DNA of 32,639 nucleotides. It comes from an uncultured Nitrososphaerota archaeon. GTDB taxonomy: Archaea; Asgardarchaeota; Njordarchaeia; Njordarchaeales; Panguiarchaeaceae. The translations under genes were made by a program, and so were the position numbers. The DNA lies in contig CAZWPQ010000001.1 in NCBI GenBank assembly GCA_964636085.1, forward strand, positions 1 through 32,639, written 5' to 3'. This document shows positions 9,050 through 18,717 of the stretch, one piece after another (within the stretch, counting starts at the first letter, position 1; every line of letters begins with the position of its first letter). The notes beneath the pieces were generated by a model, which worked only from the letters and a program-made list of their open reading frames with translations, was not told the origin of the DNA and did no database searches.

Positions 9050-9778
9050 ATGAACCTAAAACTCATATACATGACATATAGGGATGTTAAGGATTTAATC
9101 GAAAAAGGCTACACAAACCTTATAATTCCCATAGGCACCCTAGAAGCACATGGCCCACATCTCCCAATTGGGACAGACATTCTTATACCCGAAATTATTG
9201 CAGAGAGTATTGCTGAGAAAATTAAGGCACTAATAGCTCCAGCTATTCCCTATGGAGTCACAACATCACTTCTTCGCTATCATGGCGGGACATCGGTTTC
9301 GGAGAAGACGTTGGAGCAAATGATCGTCGAAATTATTAGGAACTTCAATCCATATGGTTTCGATGTATTTATTATAATAAATGGACATGGAGGGAATATC
9401 AATCCCATTCGAAACGCTGTAAGATATCTATGGAAAGAATCCAGGATAAAATCCATCGTGATACATTGGTGGATCTACGCTGGATCTATCACAGAGAAAA
9501 TATTTGGAGAACCTGGAGGACACGCTGGAGTAGACGAGACCTCAATGATTTTAGCGACCCATCCTCAATTAGTAAAAAAGATTGATATTGATTCTGAAGT
9601 CACCATCGTTAAACGAGGGTTGGAAGTTTACCCATCAGCAGGCTCACTTATTTTGTATGAAGAAGACAAAGGCAGACCAATATTTGATATAGATCTATCC
9701 AAAAAATATTTTAATGCAGTGATAAGAGAGCTCCTATCCGAGATTAATGATTTGATTAAAAAACTGAAAGCAATCTAG
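9050..9778 (+). CDS. Creatininase / creatinine amidohydrolase family metallo-amidohydrolase
   Basis: PIGTLEAHGPHLPIGTD, NGHGGN, GHAGVDETS motifs. Confidence 0.93.
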   Translation: MNLKLIYMTYRDVKDLIEKGYTNLIIPIGTLEAHGPHLPIGTDILIPEIIAESIAEKIKALIAPAIPYGVTTSLLRYHGGTSVSEKTLEQMIVEIIRNFNPYGFDVFIIINGHGGNINPIRNAVRYLWKESRIKSIVIHWWIYAGSITEKIFGEPGGHAGVDETSMILATHPQLVKKIDIDSEVTIVKRGLEVYPSAGSLILYEEDKGRPIFDIDLSKKYFNAVIRELLSEINDLIKKLKAI

Positions 9779-10278
9779 CTTTTTTCTAGATATTCTATCG
9801 CGAACTGGAGGTATTCCTTTGTCTCGTTATCTACTTCTGGATCTTCGATAAGTTCCTTAGCGAAATCGACTCCAATGCTCTGTACGAGGTCTGTAACATC
9901 CACCATTGCTTTACCCTTAGAAACCAATTTTATAATGCTACGTGTCAACTCCTTTTTTTGGTTATTATCACCAACGCCCACAAGTTTTAACACAACCTCT
10001 AATGCCAAATCTCGCACCGACTTCTCTGGGTCCTCTTTTGTCATCGTAGCGCACACGATCATTATATCCTTATCCACAAATTCCGTGGATTTAAGCGCAT
10101 TCAAGGTCGCTCTTCTAACCTTTCTTTCGGGGCTTTTTAGGAGCGTTACAACCACATTTTTTACTTTGTCGAAGTTTTCATCCTTTTCTGTGGATATATA
10201 CTCTTCCAATATCTTTTGTGCCTCGCCCTCTTCAGCGTATCTTACTTTGTCCAGTAATGGCATGGACAATTTAATCAC
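9775..10278 (-). CDS. HEAT/ARM-repeat alpha-solenoid protein
   Basis: HEAT-like repeats LLKSPERKVRRATLNAL and TKEDPEKSVRDLALEVV; start may be ATG at 10263. Confidence 0.75.
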   Translation of the reverse strand: MIKLSMPLLDKVRYAEEGEAQKILEEYISTEKDENFDKVKNVVVTLLKSPERKVRRATLNALKSTEFVDKDIMIVCATMTKEDPEKSVRDLALEVVLKLVGVGDNNQKKELTRSIIKLVSKGKAMVDVTDLVQSIGVDFAKELIEDPEVDNETKEYLQFAIEYLEKS

Positions 10279-10339
10279 CTCAATACTGTACTTTAAAATA
10301 ATTTTATAATACTATGTTTTGATTGGATACCGGTGTGAA

Positions 10340-10714
10340 ATGTTGTTACCAATTAACAAGCTTTATATTTTCGACACTACGGGATTGCTCTGTGTTATTG
10401 AGTTCAAAAATGATGATTTTGAAGTACAGGTCGAGTGGCCCGAAGAGATTAGTCTCAGGGGGGCCAAGTTTGTTGCCACGGCGCTAAAATATAAGACCGA
10501 AACTGGGAAAGATGTCCTCAAGGCTTCCAAAAATCTTATCGCCCTTATCGGTGATAAATACATAATTGCATGTGCGTTTAAAAAGGCAGATGAAGAGGCT
10601 GTTGTGGGTATACTCAAGAAAACATATGAAATTTTGAGTGCACTGAAATCCTTCGATCCAAACGAAATTGGTGAGGTTGCCGCAAAGGCTGTTTTAACCG
10701 AATTTTCGACATAG
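10340..10714 (+). CDS. Small longin/roadblock-like fold protein (putative)
   Basis: N-terminal INKLYIFDTTGLL resembles the beta1-beta2 hairpin of longin domains; predicted beta-beta-alpha-beta-beta-beta-alpha-alpha order; ATG at 10340 after GGTG SD. Confidence 0.5.
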   Translation: MLLPINKLYIFDTTGLLCVIEFKNDDFEVQVEWPEEISLRGAKFVATALKYKTETGKDVLKASKNLIALIGDKYIIACAFKKADEEAVVGILKKTYEILSALKSFDPNEIGEVAAKAVLTEFST

Positions 10715-10723
10715 GATATATTC

Positions 10724-12109
10724 TTAGGCTAATTTTTCAGCTAGTAGTATCTGCATCTTCTCAGAATCAATCTTGTATGTTCTAAATAGCGGCATCCACA
10801 AGAATGCACATACTATCCAAAAAATCCATATAAAATTGAAGGGAGATAGGAAACTCTTATTTATATCTATGGCCAGACCCGCTACGACCAAACCTATCGA
10901 ATTCCCCACACTTTCGAAAAACCTTATCACCATAACGGTCGTCGCCCTTCTTTGTGGCTCATTAACATCAGCTATAATATTTCTCGTAATGGGGCCCGCC
11001 AAGGATGCAACACAGATAAATAACCCATATGTTATTACTACAGACAATACCTGGACATCGCCTAATAGGTGAATCACATACTTAAGCTGGCCGTATATAT
11101 CCCTTGGCGGATTCATACTGGGTAGAGGCAAAGATATCGCTATAATAAACAGTACTGTCTGCATCAATATGACCAACATAGCCACCATTATGAGTAGATC
11201 ATATCTCCCCCTAGATCTGAATTTATCGACCCTAGGCGCCAATAGCAGAGATACTGGATAAAATATCCCAGCGAAAGCAAAAATCGCTCCAATTACAAGG
11301 AACGTGCCCCCCGTTTTCTCCATTATGGCATATATCAAGAATAATCCCATGGCGCCCCAAGGAATACAGCCAAAGAAACCTTGAAGAACAAGCATTATAT
11401 TGGTTTTGACTCTAAATATATTCTTTATTTCGACAATTCCTTGCTTTATACGCTTTCTCCCTAGAATCCTTAGACCACTCATCTTAATGTATTCCCTCTC
11501 GGCGCCTCCGCGGGGAGGCTCTTTTGATAATAATAGTAACCATGCACCCCCACCAAGAATCATTGAGTATAGTATAATTACCTTCCTCCAGTCCATAATT
11601 ATTGATAGGAATAATGCTATGCCACTTCCAACCCCCATCATAATGTTCATTATTAGGTATACCGTTAGGAAAACATATATTCTCTCACCCGCCCCATAAA
11701 CATCCGCCACCATGCTCATAATGAACGCATAGACGGCACTAATGAAAAATCCTGTCATGAATCTGCATACTAGATAAGATAACGCTGATGTTGATTTTGA
11801 TGTAAGATATATAAAAAGTGCTGCACCCTCCATCGCCACGAGCATTAATAATCTCCTATTTTCCACATTATCAAATCCTATTCCCCATATTATTCCCATC
11901 GTTGCTAGAACAACTATGAACAATCCCTCGCTAATACTAACCATTAAATACGATCTCGTTACCTCTAGATTTATGTTCCTTAGAAAAGGAAGAACAAATC
12001 CGTTAGACACGCCAGCTATTGTAACAACATAGAATAATAGGGGTGCTTCAGCAATGTTTCTGAACAATTTGAACTTATTGATGAACCCTCGGGGGGTAAA
12101 TGTTGGCAA
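10724..12109 (-). CDS. MFS transporter
   Basis: ~12 TM segments; CRFMTG, VADVYGAGER, EPPRGGAE, QGFFGCIPW, IADVNEPQRR motifs. Confidence 0.9.
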   Translation of the reverse strand: MPTFTPRGFINKFKLFRNIAEAPLLFYVVTIAGVSNGFVLPFLRNINLEVTRSYLMVSISEGLFIVVLATMGIIWGIGFDNVENRRLLMLVAMEGAALFIYLTSKSTSALSYLVCRFMTGFFISAVYAFIMSMVADVYGAGERIYVFLTVYLIMNIMMGVGSGIALFLSIIMDWRKVIILYSMILGGGAWLLLLSKEPPRGGAEREYIKMSGLRILGRKRIKQGIVEIKNIFRVKTNIMLVLQGFFGCIPWGAMGLFLIYAIMEKTGGTFLVIGAIFAFAGIFYPVSLLLAPRVDKFRSRGRYDLLIMVAMLVILMQTVLFIIAISLPLPSMNPPRDIYGQLKYVIHLLGDVQVLSVVITYGLFICVASLAGPITRNIIADVNEPQRRATTVMVIRFFESVGNSIGLVVAGLAIDINKSFLSPFNFIWIFWIVCAFLWMPLFRTYKIDSEKMQILLAEKLA

Positions 12110-12112
12110 TAT

Positions 12113-13366
12113 CTAGCCCCTAAAATAGATGTTCTGCTGCCTCCTAAACAATTTTTTTGATAACTTCAGGGCCTCTATACCCGCGAGCGTTCCTCTTGCT
12201 ATAAACTCAAGTGCTGCTCCGCCTCCAGTACTAATATAGCAATTATCTATGTTAATTGGGGTTCTTGAGAGTACAGATGCTAGGTGGCCACCGCAAATAA
12301 CTATGTTAACTCTCTTTGAGCTTACTCTTCTAAGTAGCTCTATGGTTCCAATCCTAAAGTTGTCGTCTTCAATAACGCCAGCGGGGCCTCTTATGAATAC
12401 AACGTCGTAATCATTAATGATGTCGGCATATTTTGAAACAGTTAGTATACCGATGTCCTTAGGAGTATCTCTTATCAGGTCTCCCTTTTCCACATTTACC
12501 TCTATTCTGCCCTTTTGGTAAAATGCATAGTCCACTGGTAGTTCGATATTACCTGTTTCTATTAGCTCCTTGATTTTTGGGATCGATTTTGAGTACTCTG
12601 CTCTTATTCTATCCATAATTTTGTCATCTACCCTCAATCCGCTTGCTATATGAAATACAAATGCTACTAGTCCCGTCAACAATATCTTGTCGACTCTGCC
12701 ACTCCTAAGTAGCATTTCTATGTATTTTACTGCATCTTTGACCTTTGCTCCGCCAAGAATTACAATACTTTTTTTGTCGGGTTCTAGGTAGCTACTTAAA
12801 TTTCTTACTTCATGTTCCATTAGTCTACCCATCACCGATGGGATAACCGTTGCAAATCCAACAACAGATGCATGATACCGATGCGAAACTGCAAAGCCAT
12901 CGAGGATAAAATAATCAAAGTACTTGGCTAACGCTCTCACAATAACACTATTGGCATGTCCCTCTATGGATCGCCGGGATTGTTCATCAGGTAAAAATCT
13001 GACATTATCCAAAAGCAATACCTCGCCCTCCTTGATTGATCTTATGGCTTCTAGCGCCTTTGGGCCCACTATATCTGGGATATACTTTACGTGGGTATTC
13101 AATACTTTACTTAGAATTTGAGAGTGTTGGGAAAGATCTAAAAAATCTTTACTATTCGGTCTTCCTTGATGAGCCAAAAGCACTATCTTGTTGCTGTTAT
13201 TGATCAATTCATTCAAGGTATTAGAATGTTTCTCGAATCTTGTTATGTCAATTATTTTTCCTTGGTTATCTATAGGACTGTTTATATCCAATCTACATAA
13301 CACAGCACTTCTTGATTTTACAAAATCCATTAGAAAAACATCCTCAAACAATGACATGTTCATCAC
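12113..13366 (-). CDS. pgk: Phosphoglycerate kinase
   Basis: RLDINSP, AHQGRP, LLDNVRF, SHRYHAS, LGGAKV, GPAGVIE, STGGGA. Confidence 0.96.
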   Translation of the reverse strand: MMNMSLFEDVFLMDFVKSRSAVLCRLDINSPIDNQGKIIDITRFEKHSNTLNELINNSNKIVLLAHQGRPNSKDFLDLSQHSQILSKVLNTHVKYIPDIVGPKALEAIRSIKEGEVLLLDNVRFLPDEQSRRSIEGHANSVIVRALAKYFDYFILDGFAVSHRYHASVVGFATVIPSVMGRLMEHEVRNLSSYLEPDKKSIVILGGAKVKDAVKYIEMLLRSGRVDKILLTGLVAFVFHIASGLRVDDKIMDRIRAEYSKSIPKIKELIETGNIELPVDYAFYQKGRIEVNVEKGDLIRDTPKDIGILTVSKYADIINDYDVVFIRGPAGVIEDDNFRIGTIELLRRVSSKRVNIVICGGHLASVLSRTPINIDNCYISTGGGAALEFIARGTLAGIEALKLSKKLFRRQQNIYFRG

Positions 13367-13406
13367 GATTTCTTCTTACTCCTTAAGAGACTGGATCTAG
13401 TTTTGA

Positions 13407-13976
13407 TTACAAAATCCTGTTTTTTATCAACAAGTTTATATCTATAGGAACATCTCTTATCATTCCCACAAGTTGTTTCAGCCATTGTTCCACTTTTGTT
13501 TTCTTTTCTTCTTCACACGTCATTGCCACAACTATCTTATCACTCTTTTTTACAAGATACTTAAGTCCATAGACTTCTATTGGTCCATCTAGACAAACAT
13601 CTTTGTATATTGATCTAGATAAAAATCTCGCAAAACAGAGTGCATGCATGTGATTATAGACCATTCTCGCATCGATAATTTTTTTCTCTAGATCAGCGAA
13701 TAGTAGTCCTATGTTTCCTATCAATGGACTTCGGATCAATAAAAAGGGGCCCACGTATAGGTTTACTGAATGAATAAGTTGACTGGGAGGGTCACATATA
13801 TCTATAAATCTTATCCCATGCCTACCAATGCATAACAACAATACATGATCGGCATGATAAGATGCAATGTATGTAGAACCAATCATACTTATTTCTGCCA
13901 TATTGGTTTCTGTAAGCTTTAATTCTTCCTTCTTCTTGCATTTTGGACACATCACAGAAATATTCATCCCATTCAC
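13407..13976 (-). CDS. Hypothetical protein with CPKC...HADH putative Zn site; paralog of 26739-27629
   Basis: Shares CPKC, EIxxIG, HxDH, GxIR and KIIDAR blocks in the same order with 26739-27629. Confidence 0.7.
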   Translation of the reverse strand: MNGMNISVMCPKCKKKEELKLTETNMAEISMIGSTYIASYHADHVLLLCIGRHGIRFIDICDPPSQLIHSVNLYVGPFLLIRSPLIGNIGLLFADLEKKIIDARMVYNHMHALCFARFLSRSIYKDVCLDGPIEVYGLKYLVKKSDKIVVAMTCEEEKKTKVEQWLKQLVGMIRDVPIDINLLIKNRIL

Positions 13977-14100
13977 CTAGCACTCTTGCTTCTGTATAGT
14001 TTTGCATTTCAATATATTGGGTTGTATAATGAGAATAAAATAATAATTTTTAGGGTTTAGTGGATACTATTATTTGTTGCCATATCGAGTCACATATATA

Positions 14101-14107
14101 AGGTGAT
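14101..14107 (+). promoter_or_regulatory. Shine-Dalgarno site AGGTGAT of aRF1
   Basis: AGGTGAT 5 nt before the TTG start at 14113; the same GGTG(A) motif precedes many genes in the window. Confidence 0.7.
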
Positions 14108-14112
14108 ACTAA

Positions 14113-15369
14113 TTGCCACACATAGATATGAGCCATTGGGACATTGATGACAAGGTTTATCGTAGAAAAATGGCTAAGATAGTTTCAGAGCTGAAAAACA
14201 AGACATCCTATGATGGCCACTCCACAACTCTTGTAACGATATGGATCCCCCCTGGTACACCCGTATCGGAGATCTCCGAGCTTATCAATAAAGAGCTAGC
14301 CACAGCCGCTAGGATAAAGTCAAGAACTACAAGAAAACATGTACAGGCTGCTTTGAGAAGCATAGCATCCAAGTTTAAAGCATGGACACAAATCCCGGAT
14401 AATGGCCTAATAATACTTTGTGGATGGACGCAACAATCAAACGACTTGGAGTATTGGGAAATAATACCGCCCATGCCTTTCAAAAAGAAATTATATACGT
14501 GTGATTCGATTTTTCATGTAGAAGTCTTAGAAGAAATGTTAAAGGTATATCACGTCTACGGAATCATTGTTGTTGAGAGAGATGCATCAACTATTGGAAT
14601 ACTCCAAGGCTCAAATATCAAAGTTCTAAAACAAATTGAAACATATGTCCATAGCAAACATGGGAAAGGCGGACAGAGCCAAAGGCGGTTTGAGCGCCAG
14701 ATAGAGTCCGCATATGAGTACCATCTTAAGAAGACGGCAGAAATCGCCAATAAATTGTACCTTCCTTTACTTGACAAACTAAAAGGTATCATTATAGCTG
14801 GTCCTGCATTCGCCAAAGAGGACTTTTATAACATGAGAGCCCTCGACTATAGACTTCAGGAAAAAGTTATTGGACTAGTAGCAGCTCAGTATCAGGGATA
14901 TGAAGGACTCAGAGAGGCTGCCAATAATGCAATTAAACTCATAAAGGAGAGCGAGTATGCTAGAAGTAAAGAGGCATTAGAGGAATTGATGGAAAGAATT
15001 AATGTGGCACCCGAAACGGTAGTTGTTGGGATAAATGAGACCATAAGAGCGCTCATTACTGGTCAACTTCATAAGATCTTTGTGGCGGAAGATCTCGATG
15101 GACAACTCATAAAGGTTAGATGCGGAAATAAGATAGAGAGATTTGTAGTGGCGGATCACAATGAGGATCTGGAGAAGCTGGCGGAATCAATATGTGGAAA
15201 AATAGATTCTAAACCTGAGATCGAGCATCTTTCTGATAGCATTATCGATTTTATATTAGAGAAGGCGGATGAAATGGGCACCCACGCAATTATCATACCA
15301 CGCGATAGTAAAGAGATAATATCTCAGCTTAAATCTGGGTTTGGGGGGATATCAGGTATTCTAAGGTAG
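14113..15369 (+). CDS. prf1: Peptide chain release factor aRF1 (eRF1 family)
   Basis: GKGGQSQRRF catalytic motif, IWIPPG, TAARIKS (NIKS variant), YTCDSIF (YxCxxxF), C-terminal FGGISGILR. Confidence 0.96.
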   Translation: MPHIDMSHWDIDDKVYRRKMAKIVSELKNKTSYDGHSTTLVTIWIPPGTPVSEISELINKELATAARIKSRTTRKHVQAALRSIASKFKAWTQIPDNGLIILCGWTQQSNDLEYWEIIPPMPFKKKLYTCDSIFHVEVLEEMLKVYHVYGIIVVERDASTIGILQGSNIKVLKQIETYVHSKHGKGGQSQRRFERQIESAYEYHLKKTAEIANKLYLPLLDKLKGIIIAGPAFAKEDFYNMRALDYRLQEKVIGLVAAQYQGYEGLREAANNAIKLIKESEYARSKEALEELMERINVAPETVVVGINETIRALITGQLHKIFVAEDLDGQLIKVRCGNKIERFVVADHNEDLEKLAESICGKIDSKPEIEHLSDSIIDFILEKADEMGTHAIIIPRDSKEIISQLKSGFGGISGILR

Positions 15370-15375
15370 CCCAAA

Positions 15376-16935
15376 ATGGCTGATTGGGACGAAATAATAT
15401 ACACATTGACTGAGGCGGAGCGTATCATCCTTCGGAAAATGCAGGAAAATAACATAACAGAAGCAACCTTTGATTTACTTAAAAAACTTACTGGCCTATC
15501 CATTGCAGAGATATCGAGAGCAGCGCTTTGGCTTGAGAATAAGAGTATTGCAAGGAGGGTCTCTAGAGAAATAGAATCCTACGTACTCACCAAGAAGGGG
15601 ATCAATTATATCGATAGATGCCTCCCCGAAACGTTAGTATTCGAGAAACTAAAAACAAGAGGGCAATTAACTTTGAGCGAAATCATGAGTATTGGACTCG
15701 AGAAAGACGAAATAAATGCGTCAATCGGACTGCTGATACGATTAAAAATAGCCAAAATAACAAAAAAAGATTCAGAAAAAATCATAACGATACTTCCCAG
15801 CGCCAAAAATATTGAGCGGCCAGTAACAGAAGAGATCATGGACATTTTCAGACAAAGAGGATACATTCTCGCCAGCGACGCTCCAAAAGATATAAAAATA
15901 CTACTATCACGCGGTCTTGTTAGGAAAGAAGTACATACAGAGTGGGGTCTAGAACTGACCGAGTTGGGGAAAAAAGTCATTGCACACGGCATACCAAGCA
16001 TAGAGTTTATAGAGCAATTAACACCACAGATAATCACATCAGAGGAATGGAAAAGGAAGATTTTTAGATGGTATGACATTAAGGCATGGGTGCCTAAGAC
16101 TTGGGGTGGACGAAAAAACCCCTTAAGATTCCTAATGGAGAAAATAAGAAGCATATTCATGGACATGGGATTTAGAGAGATGAAATCACACTGGGTTGAT
16201 TTAGAATTCTGGTGTTTTGACTCTATGTGGATCCCACAGGATCATCCTGCACGAGAGATGCAAAGTACTTTTTGGCTAGAAATGCCAGCAAAAGGGGATC
16301 TTAAGAACAAGGAACTTGTCAACCTTGTCAGGGAAGTCCAAGAGAGAGGGGGCGATACTGGGAGTACTGGTTGGAGACTGCCTTGGAGAGAGGATATAGC
16401 CAAGAGATGCATACTGAGAACCCATACTACAGCAACCACATTCAGAATACTTGGCTATGCCATTAGAACTGGCCTAGTTAAACCCCCCGTAAAATTCTTC
16501 TGTATCGGCAGAGTATTCCGTAATGAGACAATCGACTGGAAACATCTCGCCGAATTCCATCAAATAGAAGGATTTGTAATAGCGCCCAACTTAACGTTGA
16601 GAAGCTTAATGGGTTATATCAAAGAGTTTTATCTTAGAATGGGGATCAAGAAGATTAGGTTTAAGCCGACCTATAACCCATACACGGAGCCCTCCATGGA
16701 GATATTCGCATGGCACAAAAAAACCAAAAGATGGGTTGAGGTTGGTAATTCAGGTATGTTTAGGCCGGAATCTTTAGCCCCATATGGTGTTAAGTGGCCC
16801 ACTATTGCTTGGGGATTGGCATTGGAGAGACTAGCAATGCTTCTCTGGGATATTGAAGATATTAGGAAAGTTTTGGGGCCCTCCGTAGATCTAGATTGGA
16901 TTAGGAATTATAGCTTCCCAAGAATGGAGTTCTAA
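15376..16935 (+). CDS. pheS: Phenylalanine--tRNA ligase alpha subunit (archaeal/eukaryotic type with N-terminal wHTH domains)
   Basis: PQDHPAREMQSTF, LRTHTT, GRVFRNETID, EFHQIEG, YNPYTEPS, EVGNSGMFRPE, WGLALERL. Confidence 0.97.
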   Translation: MADWDEIIYTLTEAERIILRKMQENNITEATFDLLKKLTGLSIAEISRAALWLENKSIARRVSREIESYVLTKKGINYIDRCLPETLVFEKLKTRGQLTLSEIMSIGLEKDEINASIGLLIRLKIAKITKKDSEKIITILPSAKNIERPVTEEIMDIFRQRGYILASDAPKDIKILLSRGLVRKEVHTEWGLELTELGKKVIAHGIPSIEFIEQLTPQIITSEEWKRKIFRWYDIKAWVPKTWGGRKNPLRFLMEKIRSIFMDMGFREMKSHWVDLEFWCFDSMWIPQDHPAREMQSTFWLEMPAKGDLKNKELVNLVREVQERGGDTGSTGWRLPWREDIAKRCILRTHTTATTFRILGYAIRTGLVKPPVKFFCIGRVFRNETIDWKHLAEFHQIEGFVIAPNLTLRSLMGYIKEFYLRMGIKKIRFKPTYNPYTEPSMEIFAWHKKTKRWVEVGNSGMFRPESLAPYGVKWPTIAWGLALERLAMLLWDIEDIRKVLGPSVDLDWIRNYSFPRMEF

Positions 16936-16961
16936 TTCACTATAATACTTGCTTATTTTTA

Positions 16962-17882
16962 TCATTTGAAGAATGGCTCTCTTATAGCTACTGCCATAAG
17001 GAACTTATTTGCTATACCTATCAGATCTCTACTTCTCAGTGCTTCCCCATATTCCACAATAGTATCGTTGAGTAAGCATGGTTTCCAGCCAGTAGGTGTA
17101 GCCCTTATTCTGTGACAATATCTACAGAATTCAGGATTAAACATCGGCCTTACTACTTCGACATCTATGCCTGTCTCTAATTTATATCTCTTTCTATGAT
17201 TCATTTTCCTTACATCAACCTTTGATGCTATCTCTTTTAAATACTGCTCTATTGGATCGATGGAACGATAAAATCTCACAAATTTTTCAGACTGAGGATC
17301 TTTCGTATGAAACTCTATGAATTGAATATTTACACTCATCTTCTCGGCAAACTCAATAAAGTCACGCCATTCATTATCGTTTATTCCCTTCAATATAACG
17401 ACATTTATCTTTATTGGCCCTATACCTGCATCCTTAGCCGCTTCTAGACCCCTTAATACCCTCCCCAATCGTCCTTTTGTTCCAGTTATATGGTCATATT
17501 TGCCATCCACAAGGGATGGGATGTTGACATTTATCCTATTTAGGCCTGATTCGGCGAGCTTATCTGCATAGTCCAATAATAAAAATCCATTCGTCGCCAT
17601 TGATATATCCTTGTAGTCGAGATCTTCGAATATAGACACAACCTCGCATATGTCATCCCTTATCAATGGTTCGCCCCCAGTAATTTTGACTTGATTTATG
17701 CCAAACCTCTTGGCCACCAATGCAATTAGTTTGATATCCTTGGGATATAGATCACATGTATCTTCTCTTATGCAGTGATAGTAGCCCTCTGAATGACAGA
17801 ATATACAGTTGTAATTGCACTTAGTGGTTACTATTATTCTTAAATTCTCGAGAGGCCTCCCATACCTATCAAATATTATCAT
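16962..17882 (-). CDS. moaA: GTP 3',8-cyclase MoaA (radical SAM)
   Basis: DRYGRP, CNYNCIFCHSEG, ITGGEP, C-terminal FCRYCHRIR...PCL second Fe-S cluster. Confidence 0.95.
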   Translation of the reverse strand: MIIFDRYGRPLENLRIIVTTKCNYNCIFCHSEGYYHCIREDTCDLYPKDIKLIALVAKRFGINQVKITGGEPLIRDDICEVVSIFEDLDYKDISMATNGFLLLDYADKLAESGLNRINVNIPSLVDGKYDHITGTKGRLGRVLRGLEAAKDAGIGPIKINVVILKGINDNEWRDFIEFAEKMSVNIQFIEFHTKDPQSEKFVRFYRSIDPIEQYLKEIASKVDVRKMNHRKRYKLETGIDVEVVRPMFNPEFCRYCHRIRATPTGWKPCLLNDTIVEYGEALRSRDLIGIANKFLMAVAIREPFFK

Positions 17883-18577
17883 GTTACTTCCCGGGCTTCA
17901 AAAATAAGTAGATATATTACTGTTGCTAACCCCACTATGATTATTATCAAATCTAGTCGCTCGAAAAATTGGTATATCGACTCCAGATGCCTCCCCATTA
18001 TAATGCCTATATAAACCAACATCATATTCCAAGGTATAGATCCAACAAAGGTTAGGATACAAAACTTTGTGAAGTCCATCTTTGATATGCCGGCTGGGAA
18101 CGATATATAGGTCCTTATAACGGGCACATTTCTACCAAGAAATATTATCACTAGACCATATCTACTGAAGAGCCTCTCTGCATATTCCAGATGATGCCTT
18201 TGTATAAGCAAATATTTTCCATATTGTTCTAGGAAACCCCGGCCTAGTGATCCGATATAGTATGCTATCACGCTACCTACTAGATTAGCCAACGAGCCAA
18301 CAATTACCACGAGCCAATAGTTAAAGCGGCCAATAGACACAAGGTATCCCGAAAAAGGCATTATGATCTCGCTGGGAATAGGAATCCCGCAACTTTCTAG
18401 AACCATCAACGAGAAAATTCCAATATAGCCTATTTTATCAATGGTGTTTATTACGAAGCTAAGTGTTCTCCTACTTATGCCAGTGCTAGGAAAATCTACA
18501 CCCACAACATATGCCAGAAACACAGAGATTATGAAAAATGCCGATACCGAAACAATAAATATTATCCTATGCCTCAA
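17879..18577 (-). CDS. DedA family membrane protein
   Basis: LESCGIPIPSEIIMPFSG, GRNVPVIRTYISFPAG; ATGA overlap with moaA. Confidence 0.93.
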   Translation of the reverse strand: MRHRIIFIVSVSAFFIISVFLAYVVGVDFPSTGISRRTLSFVINTIDKIGYIGIFSLMVLESCGIPIPSEIIMPFSGYLVSIGRFNYWLVVIVGSLANLVGSVIAYYIGSLGRGFLEQYGKYLLIQRHHLEYAERLFSRYGLVIIFLGRNVPVIRTYISFPAGISKMDFTKFCILTFVGSIPWNMMLVYIGIIMGRHLESIYQFFERLDLIIIIVGLATVIYLLIFEAREVT

Positions 18578-18717
18578 TCAACTCCCCAGCGTGCACAAGA
18601 AAAACAGAAAAAGATCATTTATATCCACAATGTATAAGGAGGAAACCTTACTATCATAGCCCACGCAGAAGGAAATGGAAAAAATTTGATAATATTATTT
18701 TGGTCTCTGATAACATC

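Noticed and set aside
14113-15369. Stop-codon reassignment implied by the variant aRF1
   Set aside because: Conserved genes end at expected lengths with TAA (pheS, glyS), TAG (gap, pgk, aRF1) and TGA (moaA, hsp20, lig); no in-frame stops inside conserved genes
18578-18717. Small RNA in the gap upstream of dedA (TAAGG-AGGAAA-CCTTA hairpin; DnaA-box-like TTATATCCACA)
   Set aside because: Only a 5-bp stem, no GC enrichment and an imperfect box; explained as terminator plus promoter
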